Below, one piece after another: positions 31,710 to 42,362 of a stretch of 64,000 nucleotides of DNA. The notes below the pieces were generated by a model. That model was given only the letters and a program-made list of their open reading frames with translations. It searched no databases and had not been told where the DNA came from. Every line of letters starts with the position of its first letter. Position 1 is the stretch's first letter. This DNA comes from a virus. The position numbers and the translations under genes were made by a program. The stretch lies in the IMG/VR virus record IMGVR_UViG_3300013006_000018. One strand, 5' to 3'.

Positions 31710-32631
31710 CGTCAGATAGCTGTATAAAGCAGCTATAACAATTAATTTCTTGATCTATAACAAACGCACTCCTGTACAAATGTTCAGCAATAATAATTAA
31801 GTATTGTTTTTTAAGCTCGTTATCAGCTTCATTTTTATCTATATGATTAAAAAGAGATCGTAGTAGATTAATATAATCGGAATTAAACTTTTGTTCGTTT
31901 TCAATAAGAGATTTTCTGATAGCAAGTACATTCCCGGATTTAATATTATTCGTTATTAGATCGAGAACGTCACTTTTATTACTTTCAGTTAATAATAATT
32001 CACCACTCGAACAATTCTTATGTATCTCATTAATACATTTTCTTAGATCAGGGTAAAAAGCTTTAACAAGATGAACGATTTTACTTCTATCATCCTCCGA
32101 TACAGTGACGCCTTCATTTTTTAGTATATAGAGACATCTCTTTGCGACCCCAGCTAAGGGCGGTATAAGGTCGATACTTTGGCATCTACTTTGTAAAGCT
32201 GTAATAATTTTGTGCTTGTAATTTGCTGTAAGAATAAATCTTGTTATCTTAGAATACTCTTCCATAGTGTTACGAAGAGCTCGTTGGCCATCTATAGTAA
32301 GACCATCTGTTTCATCTAATACAACTACCTTTACTTTCCCATCAAAACTTCTTGTCTGCGCAAAGCTAGTAACCTTTGTACGGATAGTATCAATCCCATT
32401 TTCATCACTGGCGTTAATGTAAAGATACTGACATTGAAGGATATCATTAACAATGATCTTAGCTAGTGATGTCTTACCGATACCCGGGGTACCAGTAAAT
32501 AATAGATTAGGTATTTCTTTCTTCTGTAAGAATGATTCTATTATTCTCTTATTATCATCGGATATAACAAAATCTCCTAATGATTTGGGTCGATACTTTT
32601 CAACCCATATATTATTAAAATTTAAATTCAT
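31699..32631 (-). CDS. Clamp loader ATPase subunit (gp44/RFC-like)
   Basis: WVEKYRP, GTPGIGKT Walker A, INASDENGID, VLDETD Walker B, ALQSRC. Confidence 0.95.
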   Translation of the reverse strand: MNLNFNNIWVEKYRPKSLGDFVISDDNKRIIESFLQKKEIPNLLFTGTPGIGKTSLAKIIVNDILQCQYLYINASDENGIDTIRTKVTSFAQTRSFDGKVKVVVLDETDGLTIDGQRALRNTMEEYSKITRFILTANYKHKIITALQSRCQSIDLIPPLAGVAKRCLYILKNEGVTVSEDDRSKIVHLVKAFYPDLRKCINEIHKNCSSGELLLTESNKSDVLDLITNNIKSGNVLAIRKSLIENEQKFNSDYINLLRSLFNHIDKNEADNELKKQYLIIIAEHLYRSAFVIDQEINCYSCFIQLSDVKQ

Positions 32632-33077
32632 TTACCTGAAGAACCAAAACCTCTTTCATTACGCTCAGATGTTTCGACCTTACCCCAATCAATACCCATA
32701 TGAGCATTAATATAAACTACAAACTGAGCTATTCTATCTCCAGCTTTTATTTGATATTCAGTATCTGTTAAGTTATAAAGTTTAATACCTGCAGATCCTC
32801 TGTATCCATTATCTATAATACCTGGATGTGCCAATATACCGTGTTTAAACCCTAACCCGCTTCTTGATTCTACTTTTACCCAATAGCCGTCGGGTATATA
32901 AGCAAATTTTAAACCAACATCTACAACATTACTACCTCTCGCAGGTATAATTTTGTCCTCTATAGAATATACATCGTATCCTGTGTCAGACTCGTGGTTT
33001 TTAGAAGGTAATTTTGCCATTTCATGCGTTTTTTCAAATTTTAAGATAGGCATAAACATAATATTAGGGTCAATCAT
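32628..33077 (-). CDS. dut: Trimeric dUTPase
   Basis: GYDVYS, SRSGLG, GIIDNGYRG, GDRIAQ, RGFGSSG; start placed at ATG 33077 by promoter position. Confidence 0.95.
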   Translation of the reverse strand: MIDPNIMFMPILKFEKTHEMAKLPSKNHESDTGYDVYSIEDKIIPARGSNVVDVGLKFAYIPDGYWVKVESRSGLGFKHGILAHPGIIDNGYRGSAGIKLYNLTDTEYQIKAGDRIAQFVVYINAHMGIDWGKVETSERNERGFGSSGK

Positions 33078-33082
33078 ATATA

Positions 33083-33118
33083 ATATTATGATATAAAACC
33101 CGGAATTCAAGATAAGTA
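33083..33118. promoter_or_regulatory. Back-to-back sigma70-like (dUTPase) and late (TerS) promoters
   Basis: TTGAAT-N16-TAATAT-N5-ATG on -; GATAAGTA-N6-ATG on +. Confidence 0.65.
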
Positions 33119-33124
33119 ATTTGG

Positions 33125-33583
33125 ATGAGTGATGAGCTTAATGAAATGGTTGGAGACTTATTGGGACAGTTACAAACGGCTGAAAAGAAGGCAATAGAGG
33201 CAAGTAAAGAGCGGGACCTTCTTAAGAAAGAAGACTTAGAGACGTTTGTTGTAGAGAATGCAGGCAAGCTTGTAAGTGAGAGTCTTGATATGATCAAGAA
33301 TGTAAAGGAATACATTATTTCTGCTCCAGAGCATAAAGATGTTTCGGCATTAGCTGATTTGGTAGCTGCTACGTCATCTGCTATTGAAACCCTCAATAAA
33401 ATAGTTATTGCAGACAAGAGAAATGAAACATTTTTAAAGACAAAAGAAATGGATATAAAAAGTCGTCAAGAAAAACAAGAAGCAGATACCGGGCCAAAGA
33501 AATTATTATCTAGAGAAGACATCTTTAAGATGCTTATTGATGATAAGATTGTTGATGCAAAAGTAATAACTGACAAACAATAA
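33125..33583 (+). CDS. Probable terminase small subunit (T4 gp16-like)
   Basis: Helical pattern LVSESLDMIK...APEHKDVSALADLVAATSSAIETLNKI...LLSREDIFKML parallels gp16; preceded by late promoter GATAAGTA. Confidence 0.55.
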   Translation: MSDELNEMVGDLLGQLQTAEKKAIEASKERDLLKKEDLETFVVENAGKLVSESLDMIKNVKEYIISAPEHKDVSALADLVAATSSAIETLNKIVIADKRNETFLKTKEMDIKSRQEKQEADTGPKKLLSREDIFKMLIDDKIVDAKVITDKQ

Positions 33584-35293
33584 TTATTTGTTGCAAGTAA
33601 AGTACTTCTTAAAAAAGTCTTTGAATAGGGACTTAAAGTTAAATTTAATTTTTGCAGCGAGCTTATCGTAATCAAAAAAGCTTTCAATATTATTTACAAG
33701 TGCTGCTATTTTAGATTCTATATCCTTAAACATCGTCTCGATACCTGTCGTGAAGTCAAATAAATTATCTGTATCTACAGTAGGGGGTATAAAGTTACAC
33801 GCCACGTCCTTGATCTGTTGTGCGTAAGCTAGAGCAGTTGTAGGGTTAGCTAGCATGGCAGGGTTCATTACTATATTGGGGCCCAGGTTGGCAAGTGTTT
33901 CAAGTGAGCCAAAGCTTATTCCGGGTATAATATTTGGTAACCCAAAGTTGCCTAGTGTGCGGCTTATTTCAGTTATGCTCCCGGTAATACCTGTGTTATC
34001 TAAATTAGGAATAAAATTACCAGGCAAAAATTCATTTAAGTTTAATGAAGGCAGGCCTAGCGGTACACCCAAGTCTGCAATTTCTGAGACATATTTAAAT
34101 GCAGGTGAAGAAGAGAATATGGTAGAAATTTGTTCATCTAATTTTGCAATTGGGTTTGTAATTTGTTTGTTTATTTCGCTTATAAACCCATTCACCTTAG
34201 GTGTATAGTCGAAGAAGCTATTAATATTAGTTGTTTGATTAAAGAATGTTGCTGCTGTTTTATCTTCTACAGTATTAAAATACTGTGTATCTACTGTGGA
34301 TGTGTTTGTAGATACAGCAGATGAAGGTTGGGTTCTTGTACTCTGAAGAGAAGCAAGAGACCTTTGAATGGTAGCAGTCGATGTCACGGGTATTGCTTTT
34401 TTCTTTAATATATCTAATTTTTGAGTCAGGCCTTCGACCTTAACATCGAATAAATACCGATACATAATCTGTAGATTTGAATACGTTTCGTCTGCTGAAA
34501 AATTTCTCGGATTGTAAGCAACCCCGTCGTTGATATTACTAAAGTAAGAAATATAGGTATGTGTTCTATAATATAATTGTTGTATTAGCTTAACATAAGG
34601 AAACATATTCTTTTTATGATCAACAAAATATTTTAAATCTGTTACGAGGTTATTTCCGTGAGCTAGTGTAGGGTCTAATTTATTAATCATAGTGCCTCTA
34701 CTTGAAAATTGAATATTAACTAAATTAGTTCTAAGTAATGTAGATGTTTTTCTTGATAAGCTTTCCGATATTTCCTTGGCATTATCACTGAGTTTATTGT
34801 TTATGGAAACAGGCCAAGTGACGGGTTGTGAATACTGGTATAGATGGGTATCAAAATACGGAATAACAGAATCGTCAAGTTTTACTTTTGAGTTAACAAG
34901 CAGCCCTATGCTGTCGCTAACTTCATCATAATAACTTTGGAGATTATTCTCGCTCTCAAGCTTACTCTTTGTTCTTTCCTGAATTTCTTGATTTGTTGTA
35001 TTTTTATACTTTTTGGTCCAGAAATGAATAAATTCAAGATTAAAATTATCAAAATAATTATTGTCCAGAGCGGAATAAAAATCACCCATAGCACTAACGT
35101 TATCGGGTGCTTGTAAAGAAGCTCTATAGTTAATAGCTGCACTTAGTTCGGTTACATAACTTCCAAACGTTTCTAGAAAATTTGTATAATTTTTAACAGT
35201 GTCGAGTGATGTAGCCAATTCTATGTCTAAATTATCAGGGACACCTGTATTATTAAACGACTTAGCAGGCTGATTCTGTGTATTGACAATCAT
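33584..35293 (-). CDS. Hypothetical baseplate-hub-region protein
   Basis: 569 aa, coupled to the gp27-like gene; amphipathic C-terminus. Confidence 0.5.
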   Translation of the reverse strand: MIVNTQNQPAKSFNNTGVPDNLDIELATSLDTVKNYTNFLETFGSYVTELSAAINYRASLQAPDNVSAMGDFYSALDNNYFDNFNLEFIHFWTKKYKNTTNQEIQERTKSKLESENNLQSYYDEVSDSIGLLVNSKVKLDDSVIPYFDTHLYQYSQPVTWPVSINNKLSDNAKEISESLSRKTSTLLRTNLVNIQFSSRGTMINKLDPTLAHGNNLVTDLKYFVDHKKNMFPYVKLIQQLYYRTHTYISYFSNINDGVAYNPRNFSADETYSNLQIMYRYLFDVKVEGLTQKLDILKKKAIPVTSTATIQRSLASLQSTRTQPSSAVSTNTSTVDTQYFNTVEDKTAATFFNQTTNINSFFDYTPKVNGFISEINKQITNPIAKLDEQISTIFSSSPAFKYVSEIADLGVPLGLPSLNLNEFLPGNFIPNLDNTGITGSITEISRTLGNFGLPNIIPGISFGSLETLANLGPNIVMNPAMLANPTTALAYAQQIKDVACNFIPPTVDTDNLFDFTTGIETMFKDIESKIAALVNNIESFFDYDKLAAKIKFNFKSLFKDFFKKYFTCNK

Positions 35294-36822
35294 AAAGCTT
35301 TATTATTTAGAAAGATGTCAGAGTTTGCGTATGTCTTGACACATTTAAGTTCATTAATATAATTACCATCCCTGAAGATATGTCTTACGTTTACAATAAA
35401 ATATATACCTAATAGCTTTGAATCAAAGTCACTTGTATGAATAGCGCCCTCTCTATCTAAACCAATAAATCTACCTGATTGTCGATGTGTAGATCCATCG
35501 ACAGAGAACGATATAATTTGATTTAAGAATATACTAGCTCGTAAGAACTTATTTCTGCCTTTAGCCAATCTCTGGTCAGCGTTTGTTGAAGAGACAGAAA
35601 ATACATGTTTTACATTTTTATTTGATGTTTTAAGATAGCCGGGTAGAAAGTTATTAACCGGACTTCTATCACCTCTAAGTGTTGTGACATAGTTTTTGTT
35701 GTAAATGTCCATAGCTGAGTCTACCGAATTTCTCTCTATATCAATATTAAAAGCTTTATCCCCGTTGTCATAACTATGCACCATCCGGGTTACAAGTGCT
35801 TCCTGAGAGTGTATGCCAGGCATAAAGTCGAGGGTATAATGGGAAAGATTATTCGTATGGCTCAGATAATTTCCTACTTTTGGAGTGAACCGTATTTCTT
35901 GTACAGGTATTGTATTGTCACTATCATTATATGCACCGAGAATATACGTTTCTAAGTAATAGGCACCTCCACCGTCGGTGCTCTTGTCGAAGGCCTTATC
36001 AAAATATGATTTTAAACTTGTGAATCCAAATGCTCTTGAATCTCTTTCTATCTCTAGAAATGATTGGTCATAATTTGATCCTGGTGTGGATACATGCCTT
36101 TCTAAGAGATAGTTTAAGCTATCTGTGCCTTTAAACTGAGCGGGCGACGAGAAAAATAATATTGTAGAACCTTGATCCCACCCGTCAGCGAAAGAAACAC
36201 CCGGGCCATTGCTAGGATCATACGCTTTCGTTAGTAATGCTTTTATTGCGTCACCTGTATAAACACCTCTTGCGTTATCTGTTAGTTGTGTTGAGTCGTT
36301 ATTAACAAGCTCTGCGGTCGAAAAATCTACATTTTTATTTCTTAGTACCTCATAGTAGTTATCCCAGAAATACAGTATTTTATATTTTCTATTAGGTTCA
36401 TTTTCGGTTTTTTCCTCACTATTATATATAGAAAAAACATAGAGCATTTTAAAAATCTTATCCGACAGTTCAGTTTCAGTGCTACTACTATTCTCTGTAC
36501 TAACTCTAGGTTTAATTTCTACATAAAGAAAGTCTCTGCTATCACCACGAAATAAGAAACCTTTATTTGCATCGGTAGATGCGGCGTCAAACTCAGCTTC
36601 GCCTGCAGGGTTACCTCTTTCCAGATAGTCATAACTATTATCTAATGCAATATACCCTTGATGGTAAAAATTTTCAAAACTATCCTCTATGACAAGCTCT
36701 TTTATAGCAGCGGGCTTTATCTGCCTTCCTCTATTGTCGCCAGATACTAGAAAGATTTTAAATGTATAATAATCTCCGCCTATTTGACTTTTTGTAATAT
36801 TATCTACTACCGGGTCATTCAT
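35290..36822 (-). CDS. Baseplate hub protein (gp27-like)
   Basis: IKELVIEDSFENFYHQGYIALDN N-terminus; GSTHRQSGRFI...LGIYFIVNVRHIF...NELKCVK C-terminus; synteny. Confidence 0.7.
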   Translation of the reverse strand: MNDPVVDNITKSQIGGDYYTFKIFLVSGDNRGRQIKPAAIKELVIEDSFENFYHQGYIALDNSYDYLERGNPAGEAEFDAASTDANKGFLFRGDSRDFLYVEIKPRVSTENSSSTETELSDKIFKMLYVFSIYNSEEKTENEPNRKYKILYFWDNYYEVLRNKNVDFSTAELVNNDSTQLTDNARGVYTGDAIKALLTKAYDPSNGPGVSFADGWDQGSTILFFSSPAQFKGTDSLNYLLERHVSTPGSNYDQSFLEIERDSRAFGFTSLKSYFDKAFDKSTDGGGAYYLETYILGAYNDSDNTIPVQEIRFTPKVGNYLSHTNNLSHYTLDFMPGIHSQEALVTRMVHSYDNGDKAFNIDIERNSVDSAMDIYNKNYVTTLRGDRSPVNNFLPGYLKTSNKNVKHVFSVSSTNADQRLAKGRNKFLRASIFLNQIISFSVDGSTHRQSGRFIGLDREGAIHTSDFDSKLLGIYFIVNVRHIFRDGNYINELKCVKTYANSDIFLNNKAL

Positions 36823-37181
36823 ACAAGATATGTTCTTAGCTCATCTATAACCTGCCGGACATATGTGGGTTTTAATATTCTCAGCGTTGTTCCAATGTTC
36901 GGAATAATAATAGGATTATAGATGTTATTTACAAGACATATTAACCACCAGAGATCTATAGTTTTATATGCGTTATAGCTAATCATTGTCCACGGGAGCT
37001 TCTGTCTTACCGTTATGTAGTCGAGCATTGTTTCGTTTATTAACTTAGGAAAGTAAACGGTGTTAATGATATTATAAAAATATTGATTATTCTCTGTCTT
37101 AAACAGCTTAAAAATATTTTCATACTTTGTATCAGACAAAGCTGGTAAGGTTGCTATTTTATTTTGATAATCGCCATCCAT
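36819..37181 (-). CDS. Baseplate wedge gp53-like
   Basis: ISYNAYKTIDLWWLICLVNNIYNP LysM-like motif. Confidence 0.8.
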   Translation of the reverse strand: MDGDYQNKIATLPALSDTKYENIFKLFKTENNQYFYNIINTVYFPKLINETMLDYITVRQKLPWTMISYNAYKTIDLWWLICLVNNIYNPIIIPNIGTTLRILKPTYVRQVIDELRTYLV

Positions 37182-37185
37182 AATA

Positions 37186-38556
37186 TTATGCTAGTGCTAT
37201 ATTTGCACCAAACTGATTTAGTAATCTCTTCTCTGCTTCATCAAGGCTACTAATATCAGCCGCAGCTTGTTGAGTGTTTGCATTGACAGTATGAAATAGA
37301 AGATTTTTAGATTCTGAGAACATGCTTTTAACAGATATTTTTATTTGATATGCATCAGGTATGATGGCTTTAATGTTTTTAGTAACGGTTTTATTGGTGA
37401 TGGGTGTGGATTGATTGGAGTTTGTCAATGGTCCCCCAAAACTACCGCCAGCACCTCTACTAATCTCATTATTTAAATCTGTGTTCGGAAGATTTGAACT
37501 AGTATTATTCGATTGCGGTGTATTCTGTCTTGTTTCGACAGGTATTGTTAAATCTAGCTCTCTTCTTGAACCTTGAAACTCTACATTTATAGCAGTAATA
37601 TAGCAGAACGGTAAAAACTTTACACCAGGTATTCTGACTTCATATACCGGAGGGGGCTCAATAATAGACTTTGTTTGACGAGCTGGTTTATTATTATATA
37701 AAAGTAAAAATACAAGCTGCCAATTCCTTACAACATCATCAAACGTAAGAGAGCCTGTATTTATTAAAGGAAATCCAAAAGAAAATTCTTCACCATCCGT
37801 GGGGTAGTTATAAAACTTAGCTCTCTCTTGAAAAGAATAATTTAAAGGGGTTTCTATAGCATTCGCCGCTTCGGCAAAATTTATAACACCGTCTGTTACG
37901 CCCTTTACTAATCCTAATAATGGGTTTGTTGGATCACCTGAGAAGTTATTCTGAGTTGAGCCTTGATAATTTTCAAAATATGGCAGAATGAACTCCCATC
38001 CTGTATCTTTTGTTATATATAGATTTCTATAGGGCTCTAGCCAGGGCGATTGGTCATACACACTGTTTTCATCAGTCACATCACTAGAAATTTTACGCTT
38101 TAAGCCATCCAGGCTGGCTGAAAATCCTGGTATACGTTCCCCAGCTTCATTGAGTACGGGTTGAGCGGTATTAGTGCCCGTTTGGCCCGCTGCTCCTAGT
38201 GCACCCCCTACCATTCTTGTAACTTCATTAGCTGTCTGCTCGTTTAAATATGTTCTCAAGCTATTTTGCATAGAGTCAACAGAAGCTCCAAAAGAATATA
38301 TGAGCTGCGAAATGAGAGCGTTAACTTTTAGTTTCTTCTCTTTTAAGTAAATAGTGGGTACTTCTTTTCTGGCAACGTCACCGGGTTTTGAGTATGTCCA
38401 GTAATAATTCTTTGCTACGTCAACAGTAGTTCCCTTTTCACTATTTCCAGGTGCTACAAGATAAGGAGGGTTGCCTGATTTAAAGGGGCCCTGATTTAGA
38501 GTACTATCAGCTTCCGTTTTTTCTTTGTAAGCAAAATTCCAGAGTAAGCCAGCCAT
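37186..38556 (-). CDS. Baseplate tail-tube cap/initiator (gp48/gp54 family)
   Basis: FSFGFPL...EPPPVYEVRIPG...CYITAINVEF tube-like fold; synteny. Confidence 0.6.
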   Translation of the reverse strand: MAGLLWNFAYKEKTEADSTLNQGPFKSGNPPYLVAPGNSEKGTTVDVAKNYYWTYSKPGDVARKEVPTIYLKEKKLKVNALISQLIYSFGASVDSMQNSLRTYLNEQTANEVTRMVGGALGAAGQTGTNTAQPVLNEAGERIPGFSASLDGLKRKISSDVTDENSVYDQSPWLEPYRNLYITKDTGWEFILPYFENYQGSTQNNFSGDPTNPLLGLVKGVTDGVINFAEAANAIETPLNYSFQERAKFYNYPTDGEEFSFGFPLINTGSLTFDDVVRNWQLVFLLLYNNKPARQTKSIIEPPPVYEVRIPGVKFLPFCYITAINVEFQGSRRELDLTIPVETRQNTPQSNNTSSNLPNTDLNNEISRGAGGSFGGPLTNSNQSTPITNKTVTKNIKAIIPDAYQIKISVKSMFSESKNLLFHTVNANTQQAAADISSLDEAEKRLLNQFGANIALA

Positions 38557-38566
38557 AAAGTTATTT

Positions 38567-40696
38567 TTATACTAATGTCCGGGCTATACCCGATCTATAG
38601 CTAGCAGTTGATGGTAACTGAGTAGCCGACACTGTACGTCCTCCTTTATTTGCCATAATGATATTATTTGAAGAAAAATCTTTATTTCTTATGTCTTTTA
38701 AGAATGGGGTATGAGATGTAACAGCGTTTAGCTGTTTATTTTGTACTAACAGACTTTCTTTATAGAAATTTTCAAGACTAGAGAATTTCTTGTTTAATGA
38801 TTTAATTTCTTTTATTAACTCTTCGTTTGTTTTATTGGTCTTATTAGCGAAGTTTGCCATTAAGTTATCTACAGGGCCGCCCTTTTTAACAGCAAAAAAT
38901 TCATCACTCTTATTAAATTTATAAGCATTTCTTCCAGAGAATAATGTCTTCTCATTAGAGCTTATAAGATCATCTGCTTTATTAACCTTTATATTTGTCT
39001 TCTCTATGGGTGTTTGTTTTTCTAAATTATTAGCAGTATCGGATAGTCGCTTATTGATCGAATCAAAGCTAAGGTAGTTTTGAAATTGTCTTTTCCAAAA
39101 ATCCTTAGTTAATACACTCGATAAAAAGTCTTTAAGCTTAAGCCCCATACCGGCTATACCTTCACCTATCATATTACCGAGATTTTGCAATTCCTTCCCG
39201 AGAGAGAAGTTTGTAAAGAAATCTTCTAGTTCTTCACTCCAGTGTTTAAAGAATAATAGTATAGGGCCTTCTTTTTTATCACCAAACATCTTGTCCCATG
39301 CACTACCTATCCAGAATGGTAGGTCAGCAGCAAAAAACTTCAAAGTCATACCGAAAGCTTTATATAGAATTTCAGGTACTGCAGCAAAGGCGAGACCAAG
39401 CTTATTTAGAGTATCAGGTGCTTCATAGATATTTCTGATTATTGGTTCAAGTTGCTTGAGGGTTAAGAAAGCAAGAGGAAACAATACCCCGCTACTGAAC
39501 CACCCTATGGCGTTTAAAGCAATCGTCGTAGCTGCAGCTGTCAGTGTTGCATTATCTACTTTTTCACCCTTAATCTTCTTTTCGACTAATTGCATAAGGG
39601 TATCTACAGATGAAATTAAGGTCCCTATGTAAGGCATCTTTTTCATTATAAAGCCGATGCCGGGTATTTTCTCTAAAGCTTTAACAGCACCCTCTAGCTT
39701 GGAACCTACAAAGGAAAGCGCCTCTCCAGCAGACTTAAACAACTCACTAAATGTTTTTCCGAAACCTTCAAGAGCAATTTGAAATAAAGATTTGGGCTTA
39801 TCTATAAGTTTTATTTCTTCTTCAAGAGCTAATATCATTTCGTTAAACTTAAATCCTTCTTTTTTAAATTCTAGAAGTTTTTCCAGGGTGCTGATTTGCT
39901 CTTGTTGGGCTTTAGATATTTCTGCACCATAATCTAAGCCTGTTTTAAATTTTGTTTTCTTAATATACTCAGTCAACTGACCGACATTCATATCACGCAG
40001 GTATTTTGGTAATTCTTTTATTCTCTGGGTAAAGGTTTTCATTTCTTTCAGGGTATTGAGAAAATTTTCTGTTTGCCATAATTTAGGGGTCTTTAGATCC
40101 CGCATAAATTTGCCAAATTTTGATTCGCTAATTGTTTTTGCAATATCGCTAAAGACTTGACCTAATTTTGATTCTTTGAATGATTTCCACAAACTATCTC
40201 GTATATCTTTAAAGATATTCCTAATATTTTTCAGAGCATCTATAGAGTGAAGGTTTGCCCATAAAGCTTTTAATTTCTCCATAATGAAACCTATAACACC
40301 ACCGAGTAATCCCAATATTAAAGCTGCTATAGCACCCCAGATACCTGTTTTCTTATCTTCCAACTGCTTCTTATCAATATTAAATGTAAATAAGTTTTTT
40401 AGAACCTTTTTAAGACTCTTTTGACCATCTAAACTTATACTATCTATGGTAATTGGTACTGCCTGAAAAGCTTTCCTTTTCTGCTTGTAACGCTTCAAAG
40501 CTACATCATCTTTTTTATCACTCGCAAAAAGTTTATCTCTAAGCCGCTCCATTTCTTGCTCTTTCATAGCAGGAGGCAGTTTCTTATTGTCATCATGCCC
40601 GTTTAGCATTTCGAGCATAGCATCTACCTTGTTATTAATGACTCCTATATTGTCGTTAAGGACATTTAAATTATTATCTAAAGACATGTCGTCCAT
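38567..40696 (-). CDS. Probable tape measure protein
   Basis: 709-aa helical protein with hydrophobic/amphipathic segments (GIWGAIAALILGLLGGVIGF), after gp26-like chaperones. Confidence 0.6.
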   Translation of the reverse strand: MDDMSLDNNLNVLNDNIGVINNKVDAMLEMLNGHDDNKKLPPAMKEQEMERLRDKLFASDKKDDVALKRYKQKRKAFQAVPITIDSISLDGQKSLKKVLKNLFTFNIDKKQLEDKKTGIWGAIAALILGLLGGVIGFIMEKLKALWANLHSIDALKNIRNIFKDIRDSLWKSFKESKLGQVFSDIAKTISESKFGKFMRDLKTPKLWQTENFLNTLKEMKTFTQRIKELPKYLRDMNVGQLTEYIKKTKFKTGLDYGAEISKAQQEQISTLEKLLEFKKEGFKFNEMILALEEEIKLIDKPKSLFQIALEGFGKTFSELFKSAGEALSFVGSKLEGAVKALEKIPGIGFIMKKMPYIGTLISSVDTLMQLVEKKIKGEKVDNATLTAAATTIALNAIGWFSSGVLFPLAFLTLKQLEPIIRNIYEAPDTLNKLGLAFAAVPEILYKAFGMTLKFFAADLPFWIGSAWDKMFGDKKEGPILLFFKHWSEELEDFFTNFSLGKELQNLGNMIGEGIAGMGLKLKDFLSSVLTKDFWKRQFQNYLSFDSINKRLSDTANNLEKQTPIEKTNIKVNKADDLISSNEKTLFSGRNAYKFNKSDEFFAVKKGGPVDNLMANFANKTNKTNEELIKEIKSLNKKFSSLENFYKESLLVQNKQLNAVTSHTPFLKDIRNKDFSSNNIIMANKGGRTVSATQLPSTASYRSGIARTLV

Positions 40697-40727
40697 AGCT
40701 AATAATATTTAACGGAAAGATGTAGGT

Positions 40728-41480
40728 TTATACCGTAAAAAACGTAGCGTCTATATTAAGATCAATAGCTTTGCCATCTTTTATAAAATATTTTGATTCA
40801 AACTGTTTAACCTCATTTATATATGAAATAATCGCTGTATTAGTGGTTAAAGGTAGTTTTTCTACTATTTGCTTTTTTTGTGTAATGTTTATGTCGTTAA
40901 AATCAATATCTACCGGTGTTTCACCGTTCTTAAACATGACCTTGTCTATATATTTTACTAGTTCGTGTATATACAACTCGCCAATGACTTCTTTTGTTAT
41001 TTCATCCTTATCCTCGGTGTTTTGAGTTACCTTTTTTGATTCGTTATTGATAAGTATCTCTTTTTTAAAGTTAGGAATTGCTAGATGTACAGCTAACGGA
41101 CCATCTTCTATAATCTTTGTTCTCAAGACCTGGGGGACAGGTATATTGACCTGATTAATAAAGGATATATCAATTGTTTCATCCTTAACCTTAAGAATTG
41201 GTGATAGAGATAGTGATCTGAGAGCAGCTATAATATAAAATCTGTCAACTAGTAGAAAATTAATGTTTTGCTCAACAGAACTTTCAGTAATTATATCACA
41301 AAGTAGGTTTGCAAAAGTAATACCCGCAGCATTCCTATCTAAGACACTTTTAACAACATCTTTCTGTTGTTTTGTGGTAAGTCCTTTAAACTTTAGTTGG
41401 CGATTTAAAGACGGTACAAATATTGAGTACTCTTTACTAAGGGTAGCAAGAAAATCTAACGTCTGATTAAAGTTTTCCAT
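40728..41480 (-). CDS. Baseplate hub assembly protein gp26-like
   Basis: YSIFVPSLNRQLKFKGLTTKQQK...DRFYIIAALRSLS. Confidence 0.7.
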   Translation of the reverse strand: MENFNQTLDFLATLSKEYSIFVPSLNRQLKFKGLTTKQQKDVVKSVLDRNAAGITFANLLCDIITESSVEQNINFLLVDRFYIIAALRSLSLSPILKVKDETIDISFINQVNIPVPQVLRTKIIEDGPLAVHLAIPNFKKEILINNESKKVTQNTEDKDEITKEVIGELYIHELVKYIDKVMFKNGETPVDIDFNDINITQKKQIVEKLPLTTNTAIISYINEVKQFESKYFIKDGKAIDLNIDATFFTV

Positions 41481-41484
41481 AAAA

Positions 41485-42342
41485 TTACTTAACTAGCGGT
41501 GCTGCTTTTTCAATGGGTATGCTTTTTGATGTAGTATTGTCTTTATTATTCTTGTCATATTCTTGTTCTAACAGATTTTGTAATACTAGATTCTCTGCTA
41601 ATGTATTTTTATCAATATAATCGGGGCTGTACTGTGCCTTACTTACTAATACATATTGCAATTCATATAAACTACTTAAATTAGAACTAAATAGCGCCCT
41701 TAACAGCTCTAGCATTGATAGGTCAAACGGTTTTATTGCAATTGGTTGTACTAATTTAAAGTCTAGAACAAGGTTTTCAAAGTCTTTAGATATTTTAAGT
41801 AGGTAGTCTTTGAGGTGTTGAGTTAAGCTTATAGGTAAAGTTTTGTAAAGTTCATTTTTCTCTTCTACTGTAAGATCGTTTACAATAATTTTTGTATGAC
41901 CATGATTGATAGCATGTAGTAATCCAAAATAGGCATCGAACATGTCGTTAAAAATAAATTTATAGGGCAGTCCTAATATAAATTCTATATTATCTATGTT
42001 AACTACCTCGGTAAATGTAGTTTTCATGTCTAAGCAGTTATTAAGAAACGGGAGAAGAGGGTACTTAAAGTTTGAATTGTCTTTTTTATATTCAATATTG
42101 GGTGAGACAGAGAGACATCTAAGCATAAACAGCGCGCAAAACTTATCATAGCCTGTTAATTTGCTAACAATATCTTTTTCTAGTATATTTTCTTTTAAAA
42201 TTTCATCAAAATAACTAACAATATGCTCATCCTTATTATTAGTAATAAACTTATTGAGTATCTTGTACTGTAAGAAGCTAAGCTCCTTTATTCTAAGGTC
42301 TAAGTTGAGGGTAGGTGCGTATATATTAGCAAAGAAACTCAT
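41485..42342 (-). CDS. gp26-like protein with gp51-like C-terminus
   Basis: N-terminus parallels gp26 (DKFCALFMLRCLS); C-terminal LSSLYELQYVLVSKAQYSPDYIDKNTLAE resembles gp51. Confidence 0.55.
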   Translation of the reverse strand: MSFFANIYAPTLNLDLRIKELSFLQYKILNKFITNNKDEHIVSYFDEILKENILEKDIVSKLTGYDKFCALFMLRCLSVSPNIEYKKDNSNFKYPLLPFLNNCLDMKTTFTEVVNIDNIEFILGLPYKFIFNDMFDAYFGLLHAINHGHTKIIVNDLTVEEKNELYKTLPISLTQHLKDYLLKISKDFENLVLDFKLVQPIAIKPFDLSMLELLRALFSSNLSSLYELQYVLVSKAQYSPDYIDKNTLAENLVLQNLLEQEYDKNNKDNTTSKSIPIEKAAPLVK

Positions 42343-42362
42343 TACAGTAACTTATTACTAGT

